Part shown: piece by piece, positions 36,419 through 47,683 of the stretch
Position numbering within the stretch: position 1 is the stretch's first letter
How the letters are laid out: every line of letters starts with the position of its first letter
Assembly: GCA_910577845.1 (NCBI GenBank)
Contig: CAJTNA010000007.1
Coordinates: 2,968 to 66,967 of the forward strand
DNA length: 64,000 bases
Source of the DNA: an uncultured Christensenella sp.
GTDB taxonomy: Bacteria > Bacillota > Clostridia > Christensenellales > UBA3700
Direction of reading: 5' to 3'
The notes under the pieces: model-generated
Databases searched by the model: none
What the model was told of the DNA's origin: nothing
Seen by the model: the letters and a program-made list of their open reading frames with translations, nothing else
Made by a program: the position numbers and the translations under genes

Positions 36419-38944
36419 ATGCTTAGTGTTAAAGGTTTAACGAAAGTGTATGAAAATGGAGTGGAAGCTTTAAGAGGGGTGTCTTTTGACACGCCTAATT
36501 GCGGAATGATAGCAATTGTGGGCAGTAGCGGTTGTGGTAAGTCAACCTTGCTAAATGTGCTGTCTGGCATTGATGAGAAAAGTGATGGTGAAATTTTTAT
36601 AAATGGTGAATTGTGTAATCCTAGAGATTTAAAATCGACATTTGCTACTATTTATCAAGATTATAAATTAATTGAAAATCTTAGTGTTATTGAAAATATA
36701 ATGATTGCTAAAGAATTGAGTACAAGTGACTATACTATGGAGCAAATTGACGATTTGCTTGCAAAATTGGGTATAGATAAATGTAAAAATGAAAAGGTAT
36801 TAAGCTTGTCTGGTGGGCAAAAGCAAAGGGTTGCTATTGCAAGAGCAATGATTCAACAGCCAAAGATTATCTTTGCTGATGAACCTACTGGTAACCTTGA
36901 TAGTAAAAACAGCAAAAACATTTTTGGTTTATTGCAAGAATTGGCAAAAGATATACTTATTATTGTTGTTACTCACGATGTTGAAACTATTAGAAATTAT
37001 GCAAACAGAATAATTAGATTGCAAGACGGCTTAATTATTGATGATGAGGAACTTATTAAGTCCAGCATTAGCGAAGTTGAGGAAAAGTTAGAGGAACAAC
37101 CTCAAAATAAGGCTGAGAAAAAGGCTAAAAAAGGCGGTTTGAGTGTAAAAACAGCTATGTCAGTAGCGGTTGCATTCAACAAAGCAAAGGTTGGCAGACG
37201 AATTGCATTTATGGTAATTACAACTGTGCTACTAATGATACTTATGTTTTGCTGTAACTGGGCGTCAATTGACTATGAGAGTATGGTTCGTGCTACATAT
37301 GACAAGCGAAATGTTGGCAATATGGCTGTATCTAGATATTCAAGGTATGATAAAGTATCAAGAGTAATTGGTAATGGTTCATTTACTACGACAATGCACA
37401 ACGATTTAACTGAAATAAGCCAATATCTTAAAGATAAGAAAGGTATAAGTAGTGCAAAAGTATATACTAATGTAACAGATATTTTTGGAATTGATACAGA
37501 CTTTACTGGAACAATGACTTATAATATAAATGAGGAGATGCTTAACTTGCAAGATGTAGCATATGGTTATGCGTTTATTGACAAATATATTGTTACAAAT
37601 GACTTAAAAAGTTTAGGTATTAATTTAATTAAGGGTAGACAGCCAGAAAAATTGGGTGAAGTTGCCATACCTAAAAGCAAATATATATACTTTAATGCGG
37701 TAGGCGGATATCGTGACCGTGACACTGGCGAATATGTTGAGGTTAAGGATATTTTTGAGCATAATTTTTATGGCATTAGGATAGTTGGTGTATTTGATGA
37801 CGGGGTAGTTGTTCCAGATAAATATGCAAAGCCGATAAACGAGTTTAAAAGCGATGACGAGCAAGAGGCGTATAATTATGTAACAGAAAAAATCTTGGCA
37901 CAATCAGTTGTTGTTTCAACTGCTTGGAGTGATGTATGGGATGAATCAATGTATTTAGAAAACCCAGGGAATGCAAGAATTAGTCAAGGACAATATGTAC
38001 ACACTACTATGAATGTAGCGGACAAAAAATATGTTGATATTGGTGTTGCACCAGCAAATTCCTTGACTGCCAATATTACGGGTATTGATAGTGTGGAAAA
38101 AGGCACTATATTGATGAGCGACATTTACGCAAAGTTAATAAAAGTAAATGACGGAGATGAAATTGTACTTTCATCGCAGCTTGTGAGAGGGGATATATAT
38201 GATATAGGTGGTGATTATACAATTGACAGAAATATTCGTACAAATATAAAGTTTAAGGTTAAAATTGATGCTAATTACGAATATAATTCTAGCATTTTAT
38301 ACAATGAAGAAGATTATAAAATGATGATGGGCGGTTATGAAAAACCACAAACAAATAAAATAATTTTTAATATGGATAGTTTAAGTGCTAGTGACCTTAA
38401 GCAATTAAATGCTAAAGCAAAGCATTTGTATGGCGGTAAAAGTTATGATAACTATTATCAATCTAGGTTGGACTTTATTGTTGATGATGGTGGAATGATA
38501 CCAGGAGAATTTGCTGAAATGCGAATGGTTGGCAATTATTTATTTATAGTTGCAAGTCTTATACTTGCGTTTGTCGTTGGCTTGCTTATTTATAACTCTA
38601 TAAGCGTTATTATAACGTCAAAGGCAAATGATTTGCTAATACTTAAGTCACTTGGTGCGAAAAAATTAGATTATTTCAAGATATATGGAATATTTACAAT
38701 TATACAACTTGTAATTGAGTTAATTATTGGTATAGGGTTTGGCATAGGAATAGTATTCTTGCTTGATTATCTAATGACTACAGTTATTGGTCAAACGCTA
38801 ATTTGTCAATTGCCATTAGTACCTATTGCTATTTTGATAACTATTTTAATTGCGTTAGTAGCGGGTATATCAGCATTGACTTTGAATATTTGTAGAATAA
38901 GTGACAAAAATCTACGCAAAGCTTTCCAAAAGACAAAAGAATAA
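36419..38944 (+). CDS. Fused ABC transporter ATP-binding domain plus MacB/FtsX-type permease
   Basis: Walker A GSSGCGKST, signature LSGGQKQRVAIARA and Walker B IIFADEPTGNLD in the first ~225 aa. These are followed by one TM, a soluble domain of roughly 420 aa, and three C-terminal TMs (FtsX/MacB topology). Confidence 0.85.
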   Translation: MLSVKGLTKVYENGVEALRGVSFDTPNCGMIAIVGSSGCGKSTLLNVLSGIDEKSDGEIFINGELCNPRDLKSTFATIYQDYKLIENLSVIENIMIAKELSTSDYTMEQIDDLLAKLGIDKCKNEKVLSLSGGQKQRVAIARAMIQQPKIIFADEPTGNLDSKNSKNIFGLLQELAKDILIIVVTHDVETIRNYANRIIRLQDGLIIDDEELIKSSISEVEEKLEEQPQNKAEKKAKKGGLSVKTAMSVAVAFNKAKVGRRIAFMVITTVLLMILMFCCNWASIDYESMVRATYDKRNVGNMAVSRYSRYDKVSRVIGNGSFTTTMHNDLTEISQYLKDKKGISSAKVYTNVTDIFGIDTDFTGTMTYNINEEMLNLQDVAYGYAFIDKYIVTNDLKSLGINLIKGRQPEKLGEVAIPKSKYIYFNAVGGYRDRDTGEYVEVKDIFEHNFYGIRIVGVFDDGVVVPDKYAKPINEFKSDDEQEAYNYVTEKILAQSVVVSTAWSDVWDESMYLENPGNARISQGQYVHTTMNVADKKYVDIGVAPANSLTANITGIDSVEKGTILMSDIYAKLIKVNDGDEIVLSSQLVRGDIYDIGGDYTIDRNIRTNIKFKVKIDANYEYNSSILYNEEDYKMMMGGYEKPQTNKIIFNMDSLSASDLKQLNAKAKHLYGGKSYDNYYQSRLDFIVDDGGMIPGEFAEMRMVGNYLFIVASLILAFVVGLLIYNSISVIITSKANDLLILKSLGAKKLDYFKIYGIFTIIQLVIELIIGIGFGIGIVFLLDYLMTTVIGQTLICQLPLVPIAILITILIALVAGISALTLNICRISDKNLRKAFQKTKE

Positions 38945-39452
38945 TATTGGATAGTTTTGTTTAAGCAAGTTTTGCCAGAAAAGTAGTTAAAAGTATTCTT
39001 GCAAAAAAGGTCACATTTTCCCCAATACTTATGTTGGTACCACATCCTTTTGTAGCAATATAATTAAACACTTTTAGATATTTTGGCGTTTCATCTAAAG
39101 ATATTAGACTTGCTTAAAAAAGTTTTTACCTCTCTGTAAAAGAGAAATATGTGCAAATGGTATTTGATGTAATGAAAATGTTTAAGGAAAATATGTAAAA
39201 GTAAATTTTATTGGTAAAGAAATCTTTATCATTTATAGAATTGAAGGACAAATTAGTTAAAACTGGCTAGTCACGGATATGTGAATAGCCAGTTTTAGGC
39301 TTAAGTTTGGGGTTGTGAGGTGGGGAAAATAATTTTTTTTGCAAAAATTTTGGCAAAATACTCTAAAACAGGCTAAAAACGGGATGTTTTGCATAAATGA
39401 TACACACGGAAGGGTGGTGGGAGAAAAAATATTGAAAATAGCTGAAAAATGT

Positions 39453-39481
39453 TTGACATAATTAGGGGAATTGTATATAAT
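39453..39481 (+). promoter_or_regulatory. Consensus sigma-70 promoter of the S10 operon
   Basis: TTGACA, a 17-nt spacer, then TATAAT, about 190 nt upstream of rpsJ. An A/T-rich UP-like region lies upstream. Confidence 0.75.
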
Positions 39482-39670
39482 GATAAGGCTGTTGTAATGG
39501 AATGAAGCGGTAAGTTACTGAAAAATTTGACAGATAATTATCGTGGACAATGGTTCGACAATCGGGCGACTAACTCTTTGATAGGCGGTAACGCCTTATT
39601 AAAAAGCAACAGTACGACACACACGGTAAAGTGAATATTAATACGAGTTAGGAAAGGGAGGTCATTTAAT

Positions 39671-39979
39671 ATGGCAACACAAAAAATCAGAATCAAGCTA
39701 AAAGCTTACGACCACAATCTTATTGATGTAGCAGCAGAGAAAATTGTTGACACTATCAAAAGACACAACACAAAGGTTTCAGGTCCAATACCTCTACCAA
39801 CAGAGAAAGAGGTAGTAACTATTATCCGTTCTCCGCACAAATATAAAGATAGCAGAGAACAATTTGAATTAAGAACACACAAGCGTCTTATTGATATCTT
39901 TAACCCAACCGCACAAGCAGTTGACAGCCTAATGAAATTAGATTTGCCAGCTGGCGTAGATATCAATATCAAGCTTTAA
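39671..39979 (+). CDS. rpsJ: 30S ribosomal protein S10
   Basis: [12 protein letters not shown]... conserved sequence. First gene of the canonical S10 operon order. Confidence 0.97.
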   Translation: MATQKIRIKLKAYDHNLIDVAAEKIVDTIKRHNTKVSGPIPLPTEKEVVTIIRSPHKYKDSREQFELRTHKRLIDIFNPTAQAVDSLMKLDLPAGVDINIKL

Positions 39980-40011
39980 AAACAGAATAAATATGGAGGT
40001 GAACTTTATCT

Positions 40012-40641
40012 ATGAATAAAGCAATCATTGGAAAGAAAATTGGTATGAGCCAAATATTCAATGAGGATGGCAAAGTTATCCCAGTAACAGTTGTGGAAGC
40101 TGGTCCATGTCCCGTTGTGCAAAAGAAAACAGTAGAAAAAGATGGTTATGAAGCAGTTCAAGTTGCTTACGGAACTATCAATAGCAAAAATGTAAACAAG
40201 CCAATCGCTGGTCATTACAAGAAAGCAGGTGTAGAAGCAAAGAGAATTTTGAAAGAGTTCAAATTTGACAACTGTGCAACTTTCGAAATTGGTGGGGAGA
40301 TTAAGGCTGATATATTTGCAGTAGGAGACAGAGTAGATGTTTCTGGTATCTCTAAAGGTAAAGGCTTTAGTGGTACAATCAAAAGACACAATTTCCACAT
40401 TGGTCCTATGGCACACGGTTCAGGATACCACAGAGGTGTTGGTTCTATGGGTTCTTGCTCAAGTCCATCAAGAGTATTCAAGAATAAGAAAATGCCAGGA
40501 CAATATGGTAATACAAAATGTACAGTACAAAACTTGCAAATTGTAAAAGTAGATGCAGAGCGTAATATTTTGCTAGTTAAGGGTGCTATCCCTGGAGCTA
40601 AGGGCGGAATTGTTATCGTTAAGCAAACTTGCAAAGGTTAA
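40012..40641 (+). CDS. rplC: 50S ribosomal protein L3
   Basis: Conserved sequence and operon position. Confidence 0.97.
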   Translation: MNKAIIGKKIGMSQIFNEDGKVIPVTVVEAGPCPVVQKKTVEKDGYEAVQVAYGTINSKNVNKPIAGHYKKAGVEAKRILKEFKFDNCATFEIGGEIKADIFAVGDRVDVSGISKGKGFSGTIKRHNFHIGPMAHGSGYHRGVGSMGSCSSPSRVFKNKKMPGQYGNTKCTVQNLQIVKVDAERNILLVKGAIPGAKGGIVIVKQTCKG

Positions 40642-40655
40642 TGGAGGGCTTAAGA

Positions 40656-41276
40656 ATGAAAATGAATGTTTTAGATGCCACAGGTAAAAAGGCTGGCACA
40701 ATCGAATTAAACTCTGCAGTATTTGAGCAAGAGTACAATGAGGCTCTTATCCATCAAGTTGTTGTAGCTCAATTAGCTAATAAAAGACAAGGTACAAAGA
40801 GTACTTTGACAAGAGCAGAAGTTCGTGGTGGTGGTATCAAACCTTGGAGACAAAAAGGTACTGGTAGAGCTAGACAAGGTAGCATACGTGCTCCACAATG
40901 GATAAAGGGTGGTGTAGTATTTGCACCAAAGCCTAGAGATTTCAGTCAAAAGATAAACCAAAAGATGAAAGTTACTGCTTTAAAGAGTGCTTTATCTCAA
41001 AAGGTTCGTGATAATGAGGTTATTATTATTAACGAGGTTAAGGCTGAAAATGGCAAAACAAAAGAAATTGCAACTATTATGAAAAATCTTAAAATGGATA
41101 AGAGAGTTCTTTTGGTTGTTGGAGAGCGTGATGAATTAGTAATCAGAGCTTGTCGCAATATTGAGAATGTAACACTTATCAATGCATCATTAATTAATGT
41201 ATATGATGTTGTTGCGAATGCAAACTGCATTATGACAAAAGATGCTGTCAAGAAAATTGAGGAGGTGTACGCATAA
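40656..41276 (+). CDS. rplD: 50S ribosomal protein L4
   Basis: Conserved sequence ([33 protein letters not shown]). ATG at 40656 lies 7 nt after GGAGGG and is preferred over the upstream TTG at 40629. Confidence 0.95.
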   Translation: MKMNVLDATGKKAGTIELNSAVFEQEYNEALIHQVVVAQLANKRQGTKSTLTRAEVRGGGIKPWRQKGTGRARQGSIRAPQWIKGGVVFAPKPRDFSQKINQKMKVTALKSALSQKVRDNEVIIINEVKAENGKTKEIATIMKNLKMDKRVLLVVGERDELVIRACRNIENVTLINASLINVYDVVANANCIMTKDAVKKIEEVYA

Positions 41277-41566
41277 TGAACGCTTACGATATTATTATTA
41301 GCCCAATTTTAACTGAGAAGAGTTATGAAGGCATTGAAGCAATGAAGTACACTTTTAAGGTGGACACAAGAGCAACTAAGAGCCAAATCAAAAAGGCTGT
41401 TGAAGAAATTTTTGGCGTTAAAGTTGCTAAAGTAAATACAGTAAACTATGATGGTAAAATCAAAAGAATGGGCAGAAGCGAAGGCAGAACATCTTCTTTC
41501 AAAAAAGCTTATGTTCAACTTACAGCAGATAGCAAGCGTATCGAGTTCTTCGATAGCTTGGCATAA
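41276..41566 (+). CDS. rplW: 50S ribosomal protein L23
   Basis: Conserved sequence and operon position. Confidence 0.95.
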   Translation: MNAYDIIISPILTEKSYEGIEAMKYTFKVDTRATKSQIKKAVEEIFGVKVAKVNTVNYDGKIKRMGRSEGRTSSFKKAYVQLTADSKRIEFFDSLA

Positions 41567-41583
41567 GAGCGGAGGTATTAATA

Positions 41584-42411
41584 ATGGCTATTAAAAGATA
41601 TAAACCAACATCTCCAGCCCGCCGTTTTATGAGTGTTTCAACATTTGATGAAATTACAAGCACTAAGCCAGAGAGAAGCTTGCTTGACACTCAAAGCAAA
41701 TCCGGTGGTAGGAATAATAATGGTAGAATCACTGTAAGACATATCGGTGGTGGAAATAGACAAAAATACAGAATTATCGATTTCAAGCGTAATAAAGACG
41801 GAATTCCTGCAAAAGTTGCTGAAATTCAATACGACCCAAATCGTACAGCTAATATCGCATTGCTACACTATGTAGATGGTACTAAAACTTATATCTTAGC
41901 ACCAGTTGGATTGAACAAAGGTGATATGGTTATGAGTGGTAGCACTGCAGAAATCAAAGTTGGTAACTGCTTAAAAATCGCAGACATTCCAGTTGGTACT
42001 TTGTTACACAATATTGAGTTGCACCCTGGTAAAGGTGGTCAAATCGCAAGAGCAGCTGGTCAAGCAGCTCAACTTATGGCAAAGGAAAACAAATATGCTA
42101 TTTTGAGATTGCCATCTGGTGAAATGAGATATGTATTGCTAAACTGCAGAGCAACAATTGGTCAAGTAGGTAACTTGGAACACGAGATTATTAGCATCGG
42201 TAAAGCAGGTAGACATCGTCATATGGGTGTTAAGCCAACTGTCCGTGGTGTTGTAATGAACCCTTGTGACCACCCTCACGGTGGTGGTGAAGGTAAGTCA
42301 CCTATTGGTATGCCAAGCCCAGTTACTCCTTGGGGTAAACCAGCTCTTGGTTACAAGACTAGAAAGAAGAAGAATAGAACTAATAAGTTCATCATCAAGC
42401 GTGCGAACTAA
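41584..42411 (+). CDS. rplB: 50S ribosomal protein L2
   Basis: Conserved sequence (HPHGGGEG) and operon position. Confidence 0.97.
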   Translation: MAIKRYKPTSPARRFMSVSTFDEITSTKPERSLLDTQSKSGGRNNNGRITVRHIGGGNRQKYRIIDFKRNKDGIPAKVAEIQYDPNRTANIALLHYVDGTKTYILAPVGLNKGDMVMSGSTAEIKVGNCLKIADIPVGTLLHNIELHPGKGGQIARAAGQAAQLMAKENKYAILRLPSGEMRYVLLNCRATIGQVGNLEHEIISIGKAGRHRHMGVKPTVRGVVMNPCDHPHGGGEGKSPIGMPSPVTPWGKPALGYKTRKKKNRTNKFIIKRAN

Positions 42412-42425
42412 TTGGAGGATATAAA

Positions 42426-42704
42426 ATGAGTAGGTCAATTAAAAAAGGTCCTTTCGTAGAAGAAAGGCTTATAAATAGAGTAATTGCTATGAACAATGAG
42501 AATAAAAAGACTGTAATCAAGACTTGGTCAAGGTCATCAACTATATTCCCTGAAATGGTAGGTCACACTATCGCAGTTCATGACGGCAGAAAACATGTTC
42601 CTGTATATATCACAGAGGATATGGTAGGTTGCAAACTAGGTGAGTTTGCCCCAACTAGAACTTTTAAAGGTCACGCTGGCGGTAAAACTACTGGTGGCAG
42701 ATAA
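42426..42704 (+). CDS. rpsS: 30S ribosomal protein S19
   Basis: Conserved sequence (SRSIKKGPF) and operon position. Confidence 0.97.
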   Translation: MSRSIKKGPFVEERLINRVIAMNNENKKTVIKTWSRSSTIFPEMVGHTIAVHDGRKHVPVYITEDMVGCKLGEFAPTRTFKGHAGGKTTGGR

Positions 42705-42720
42705 TTAGGAGGTAATAATA

Positions 42721-43110
42721 ATGGCAACAAGAGTTAAAACTAAATCAGAAAATCGTGCTTTAAACGCTGATAAGCGTCCAAGAGCAGTTGCAAAATATGT
42801 TAGAATTTCTCCTGATAAGGTTAGAATCGTTCTTGACATTATTCGTGGTAAAAGCTATGTTGAGGCTATCGCTATTCTTAAAAATACAAGAAAAGCTGCT
42901 TGCGAGCCACTTATCAAGCTTGTAAACTCAGCTGCTGCAAACGCTGAAAACAACTTGAATATGAATAAGAATGATTTATACATTGCAGAATGTTACGCAA
43001 ATGGTGGTCCAATCCTTAAGAGGGTACAACCTCGTGCACAAGGTAGAGCTTTCAGAATCAATAAGCGTACAAGCCATATCACCGTTATTTTAGATACGGT
43101 TATCGAGTAA
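42721..43110 (+). CDS. rplV: 50S ribosomal protein L22
   Basis: Conserved sequence and operon position. Confidence 0.95.
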   Translation: MATRVKTKSENRALNADKRPRAVAKYVRISPDKVRIVLDIIRGKSYVEAIAILKNTRKAACEPLIKLVNSAAANAENNLNMNKNDLYIAECYANGGPILKRVQPRAQGRAFRINKRTSHITVILDTVIE

Positions 43111-43122
43111 GGAGGTATTCTA

Positions 43123-43797
43123 ATGGGACAAAAAGTTAATCCACACGGACTTAGAGTAGGTATCATTAAAGGTTGGGACGCTCAATGGTATGCTGATAAG
43201 AAAAATTTCTCAGCTAACTTGATTGAGGACCAAAAAATTAGAAACTTTATTAAAAAGACATATTTTACAAGTGGTATCAGCAAAATCACTATTGAGAGAA
43301 TACTTTCAAGTGCTGCAGATATTGTTATGGTAAATATTTATACATCTAAGCCAGGCGTGCTTATTGGTAAAGGTGGCGAGGGTGTTAATCTAATGAAAGA
43401 GCAAATTAAGAAAATTGCTCCAGGTAAACAAATCAACATCAATATTTTTGAAATCAATCGTCCTGATATTGACGCACAATTGGTTGCTGAAAGTATTGCT
43501 GCACAATTAGAGAAGAGAGCGGCTTTCCGCCGTACTATGAAACAAGCTATCTCAAGAGCTATGAAGAGTGGTGCTAAAGGTATCAAAACTATGTGTTCTG
43601 GTAGACTTGATGGTGCTGAAATCGCTAGGTCTGAAAGTTATCACGAGGGTTCAATTCCTTTGCAGACTTTAAGAGCTGATATCGACTATGCTACAGCTGA
43701 AGCTCATACTACATTTGGTATTATCGGTGTTAAGGTATGGATTTACAAAGGCGAGATTCTTGGTCGTGGTTTGAAAAAGGAAGGAGGTAAAGCGTAA
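43123..43797 (+). CDS. rpsC: 30S ribosomal protein S3
   Basis: [14 protein letters not shown]-terminus and operon position. Confidence 0.97.
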   Translation: MGQKVNPHGLRVGIIKGWDAQWYADKKNFSANLIEDQKIRNFIKKTYFTSGISKITIERILSSAADIVMVNIYTSKPGVLIGKGGEGVNLMKEQIKKIAPGKQININIFEINRPDIDAQLVAESIAAQLEKRAAFRRTMKQAISRAMKSGAKGIKTMCSGRLDGAEIARSESYHEGSIPLQTLRADIDYATAEAHTTFGIIGVKVWIYKGEILGRGLKKEGGKA

Positions 43798-44219
43798 TGT
43801 TAATGCCTAAGAGAGTTAAAAGAAGACGTGTTCATCGTGGCAGAATGAAAGGTAACGCTAACAAGGGTAACCAAGTTGCTTACGGCGAGTATGGCTTAGT
43901 TAGTTTAGAGCCATCTTGGGTTACTTCAAATCAAATTGAGGCTGCCCGTATCGCTATGACACGTTACGTTAAGAGGGGTGGTAAAGTTTGGATAAACATT
44001 TTCCCTCACAAACCTATCACAAAAAAACCTGCAGAAACTCGTATGGGTTCTGGTAAAGGTTCAGTAGAATACTGGGTTGCAGTAGTTAAACCAGGTCGTG
44101 TTATGTTCGAAATGGCTGGCGTACCTGAGGAAGTAGCAAGAGAGGCATTCAGACTTGCAAGTCACAAATTGCCTGTTAAATGCAAATTCGTTAAAAAAGA
44201 AGAAGGCGGTGAGTGTTAA
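43797..44219 (+). CDS. rplP: 50S ribosomal protein L16
   Basis: [20 protein letters not shown]-terminus and operon position. Confidence 0.97.
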   Translation: MLMPKRVKRRRVHRGRMKGNANKGNQVAYGEYGLVSLEPSWVTSNQIEAARIAMTRYVKRGGKVWINIFPHKPITKKPAETRMGSGKGSVEYWVAVVKPGRVMFEMAGVPEEVAREAFRLASHKLPVKCKFVKKEEGGEC

Positions 44220-44452
44220 TGAAGGCTAAAGAGTTATTTGATATGACAAACAAAGAATTAGAAGTAAAATTGGATTCTTTAAAACAAGAGTTGTTTAACC
44301 TTCGTTTTAAGCACGCCACAGGTCAACTTGAAAATGCTAATCAACTTAACCTTGTTAAGAAAGATATCGCTAGAGTAAAGACTGTTCTTCGTCAAAGAGA
44401 GTTAAATATCTCAACAGAGCCTCAAGGCAAATCTGCTAAAAAGGCTAAGTAA
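44219..44452 (+). CDS. rpmC: 50S ribosomal protein L29
   Basis: Conserved sequence ([16 protein letters not shown]). ATG at 44219 forms a TAATG overlap with the rplP stop. Confidence 0.93.
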   Translation: MKAKELFDMTNKELEVKLDSLKQELFNLRFKHATGQLENANQLNLVKKDIARVKTVLRQRELNISTEPQGKSAKKAK

Positions 44453-44467
44453 TTGGAGGATATGTAA

Positions 44468-44722
44468 ATGGAAAGAAATCTTAGAAAGAGTAGAGTTGGC
44501 TTAGTTGTTAGTGACAAGATGGATAAGACTATCACTGTTGCAGTTATGCAAAAGGTTAAGCACCCTCTATATGGAAAAACTGTAAATAAAACTAAGAAGT
44601 TTATGGCACACGATGAGAACAATGTTGCTGGTATTGGTGATAAAGTTCTTATTATCGAAACTCGTCCAATGAGTAAAAATAAACATTTCAGATTAGCTGA
44701 AATAATTGAAAAGGCTAAGTAA
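44468..44722 (+). CDS. rpsQ: 30S ribosomal protein S17
   Basis: Conserved sequence and operon position. Confidence 0.95.
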   Translation: MERNLRKSRVGLVVSDKMDKTITVAVMQKVKHPLYGKTVNKTKKFMAHDENNVAGIGDKVLIIETRPMSKNKHFRLAEIIEKAK

Positions 44723-44733
44723 GGAGGTACAAA

Positions 44734-45102
44734 ATGATAATTCCAGAAAGTAAATTGAATGTCGCTGATAATACTGGTGCTAAGGAAATCAAATGTATCC
44801 GTGTACTTGGTGGCTCATTCCGTAGATATGGTAACATCGGTGATGTAATCGTTGCAAGTGTTCAATCTGCTACTCCAGGCGGAGTTGTTAAAAAGGGTGA
44901 TGTTGTTAAAGCCGTTATCGTTAGAACTAAGAAAGGTATCAGAAGAAATGATGGTACTCACATAAGATTTGATGACAATGCTGCAGTTATCATTGATAAC
45001 CAAAAGCAACCTAAAGGCACTCGTATCTTTGGACCTATTGCTCGTGAGCTTCGTGATAAAGATTATATGAGAATTATTTCTCTTGCACCAGAAGTGCTTT
45101 AA
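44734..45102 (+). CDS. rplN: 50S ribosomal protein L14
   Basis: Conserved sequence ([11 protein letters not shown]) and operon position. Confidence 0.97.
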   Translation: MIIPESKLNVADNTGAKEIKCIRVLGGSFRRYGNIGDVIVASVQSATPGGVVKKGDVVKAVIVRTKKGIRRNDGTHIRFDDNAAVIIDNQKQPKGTRIFGPIARELRDKDYMRIISLAPEVL

Positions 45103-45115
45103 TTGGAGGTAAGTA

Positions 45116-45547
45116 ATGAATAATTTACACGTTAAAAAAGGTGATAATGTAATGATTATTGCTGGTAAAGATAAAGGTAAATCAGGTTCAGTTACTAAAG
45201 TTGACGTACAAAATGGCAGAGTTTTAGTAGAAGGTGCTAACATTGCTACAAATTACGTTAAACCTCGTAACGCACAAGAAAAGGGCGGTATCGTTAAGAA
45301 AGAAGCTCCTATCGATGCAAGTAATGTTATGATTATTTGCCCAGAGTGCGGTAAGGCAACTAAAGCTGGACACAGAGTTGAAAATGTTGACGGAAAAGAA
45401 GTTAAAATCCGTTTTTGCAAAAAATGTAATGCTTCTTTAGAGCAAAAAGCTTCTAAGGCTGTTAAGAAAGCAACTAAGAAGACTGCTACTAAGAAAGCAA
45501 CTACTAAGAAAACTGCTGAGGCAGAAAACGCTGAAAAAGCTGAATAA
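45116..45547 (+). CDS. rplX: 50S ribosomal protein L24 (Cys4 zinc-ribbon type with Lys/Ala-rich tail)
   Basis: KOW N-terminus (VKKGDNVMIIAGKDKGK), CPECG...CKKC pairs and a C-terminal KKATKKTATKKATTKK tail. Confidence 0.93.
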   Translation: MNNLHVKKGDNVMIIAGKDKGKSGSVTKVDVQNGRVLVEGANIATNYVKPRNAQEKGGIVKKEAPIDASNVMIICPECGKATKAGHRVENVDGKEVKIRFCKKCNASLEQKASKAVKKATKKTATKKATTKKTAEAENAEKAE

Positions 45548-45561
45548 TGGAGGATTAAACA

Positions 45562-46116
45562 GTGGCTAATCAAGTTAAAAATAGAGTTAAAGCTAACTAT
45601 GAAAGTGTTGTAGTTCCTGCTTTAATCAAAAAATTCGGCTATAAGAACGTTAATCAAGTTCCTAAGCTAGAAAAAATAGTTATTAATATGGGTCTTGGCG
45701 ATATTAAAGATAATGCTAAAAGTGTTCAAATCGCTCTTGACGAATTAAAGCAAATTACAGGTCAAGCTCCTATGGTTACAAAAGCTAAAAAGAGCGTTGC
45801 TAACTTTAAAGTTCGTGAAGGTATGACTGTTGGTGCTAAAGTTACTCTTAGATCTACAAGAATGTTTGAGTTCTTTGATAAGTTTGTATCTGTTGCACTA
45901 CCACGTGTTAGAGACTTTAAAGGTATTCCAGCAAATTCTTTTGATGGTAGAGGTAACTACAATATGGGCGTTAAAGAGCAACTTATCTTCCCAGAAATCA
46001 GCTATGATAAAATTGAGAAGATTAGAGGTTTTGATATCTGTTTCGTGACAACTGCACAAACAGATGCAGAGGCAAAAGAGTTATTAACTCTAATGGGTTT
46101 GCCTTTCGCTAAGTAA
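45562..46116 (+). CDS. rplE: 50S ribosomal protein L5
   Basis: Conserved sequence. GTG start preceded by GGAGGA. Confidence 0.95.
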   Translation: MANQVKNRVKANYESVVVPALIKKFGYKNVNQVPKLEKIVINMGLGDIKDNAKSVQIALDELKQITGQAPMVTKAKKSVANFKVREGMTVGAKVTLRSTRMFEFFDKFVSVALPRVRDFKGIPANSFDGRGNYNMGVKEQLIFPEISYDKIEKIRGFDICFVTTAQTDAEAKELLTLMGLPFAK

Positions 46117-46129
46117 GGAGGATTGACAT

Positions 46130-46315
46130 ATGGCAAAGAAAGCTATGATACAAAAGCAACAGCGTACACCTAAGTATTCTACAAGAGCTTATACTCGTTG
46201 TAAGATTTGTGGAAGACCACACGCAGTATTGAGAAAATACGGCATTTGCAGAATTTGCTTCAGAGAGCTTGCTTACAAAGGCGAAATCCCTGGCGTAAAG
46301 AAAGCTAGCTGGTAA
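46130..46315 (+). CDS. rpsN: 30S ribosomal protein S14 type Z (zinc-binding)
   Basis: 61 aa with CKICGRPH...CRICFR Cys4. Confidence 0.96.
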   Translation: MAKKAMIQKQQRTPKYSTRAYTRCKICGRPHAVLRKYGICRICFRELAYKGEIPGVKKASW

Positions 46316-46329
46316 TAGGAGGATAGGAT

Positions 46330-46728
46330 ATGAATATTACAGACCCAATCGCTGATATGCTAACTCGTATTCGTAACGGGTTGATTGCGAAAAAAGATGA
46401 AGTAAAAGTACCTGCTTCAAAAATCAAAACAAGCATTGCTCAAATCCTTTTGGATGAGGGTTATATCAAAGGTTTTGAATTAGTTGAAGATGGTGTTCAA
46501 AAAGATATAAAAGTTACTCTTAAGTATGGTCCTAGAGGCGAAAAGGTTATTACTAATATCAAAAGAATTAGTAAGCCAGGTTTAAGAGTTTACTGTGAAG
46601 CAGACAAGTTACCTAAAGTTTTGGGTGGTTTAGGAATTGCTATAATTTCTACATCTCAAGGCGTTATGACTTGTAAACAAGCTAGAGAGAAACACATTGG
46701 TGGCGAAGTTCTAGCTTACATTTGGTAA
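46330..46728 (+). CDS. rpsH: 30S ribosomal protein S8
   Basis: [13 protein letters not shown] motif and operon position. Confidence 0.97.
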   Translation: MNITDPIADMLTRIRNGLIAKKDEVKVPASKIKTSIAQILLDEGYIKGFELVEDGVQKDIKVTLKYGPRGEKVITNIKRISKPGLRVYCEADKLPKVLGGLGIAIISTSQGVMTCKQAREKHIGGEVLAYIW

Positions 46729-46743
46729 TAGGAGGGCGTATAA

Positions 46744-47286
46744 ATGTCAAGAATTGGTAGACTTCCTGTTGTTATTCCCGCTGGCGTTACTGTAAATATT
46801 TCAGCGGACAATGTAGTAACTGTTAAAGGACCTTTGGGTGAATTAAGCCAAAAGGTAAACAAGAATATTAATGTAGCTGTTGAAGGAACTGAAGTTCACG
46901 TTACTAGAAATGATGAGCAAAAAGAGCATAAAGCTATGCACGGTTTATATCGTAAACTTATTGCTAATATGGTTGAGGGCGTAACTAAAGGTTTTCAAAA
47001 AGCACTTATCGTTAACGGCGTAGGTTACAAGGTTGCTAAACAAGGTAACAAAATCGTTATCAACTGCGGTTATTCACATCCAGTTGAGGTTGTTGAGAGT
47101 GATGGTATCACTTTTGAAGTACCAAACGCAAACGAGATAGTTGTTAAAGGTATCAGCCGTGAAAAAGTTGGTCAAACTGCTGCAAATATTAAGGTTATCA
47201 AAGTGCCAGACCCTTATCACGTATATGGTATTCGTTATAAAAACGAAACTATTGCAAGAAAAGAAGCTAAGAAGAGCACTAAGTAA
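46744..47286 (+). CDS. rplF: 50S ribosomal protein L6
   Basis: MSRIGRLPV N-terminus and operon position. Confidence 0.97.
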   Translation: MSRIGRLPVVIPAGVTVNISADNVVTVKGPLGELSQKVNKNINVAVEGTEVHVTRNDEQKEHKAMHGLYRKLIANMVEGVTKGFQKALIVNGVGYKVAKQGNKIVINCGYSHPVEVVESDGITFEVPNANEIVVKGISREKVGQTAANIKVIKVPDPYHVYGIRYKNETIARKEAKKSTK

Positions 47287-47298
47287 GGAGAGTAGAAG

Positions 47299-47667
47299 AT
47301 GATTAAGAAGATTGATAAAAATTCTATTAGACAACAAAGACACGTTAGAGTAAGAGGTAAAGTGTCAGGCACAGCTGAGCGTCCTCGTTTTAACGTTTAT
47401 AGAAGTACTAATAACATCTATGTTCAACTTATTGATGACATTGCTGGTAATACTTTGGTAGCTTGCTCAACTTTGGATAAAGATGTAGCCAGCAAAATTA
47501 AGGATATGACTAAAGTTGAGGCAGCTAAGTTCGTTGGTGAAACTATTGCAAAAAAAGCTTTAGATAAAGGTATTACTGCGGTTGTTTTTGACAGAGGTGG
47601 ATATTTGTATACTGGTCGTATACAAAGTGTAGCTGACGGTGCTAGAAATGCCGGCTTGAAACTATAA
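47299..47667 (+). CDS. rplR: 50S ribosomal protein L18
   Basis: Conserved sequence and operon position. Confidence 0.95.
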   Translation: MIKKIDKNSIRQQRHVRVRGKVSGTAERPRFNVYRSTNNIYVQLIDDIAGNTLVACSTLDKDVASKIKDMTKVEAAKFVGETIAKKALDKGITAVVFDRGGYLYTGRIQSVADGARNAGLKL

Positions 47668-47683
47668 TAGGAGGAAGACGATA

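Noticed and set aside
38959-39118. A second inverton downstream of the ABC gene: an 11-bp inverted repeat (tttaagcaagt / acttgcttaaa) about 137 bp apart.
   Set aside because: An 11-bp repeat in AT-rich DNA is within chance expectation for a 64-kb window. There is no convincing promoter between the arms and no downstream gene positioned to be switched.
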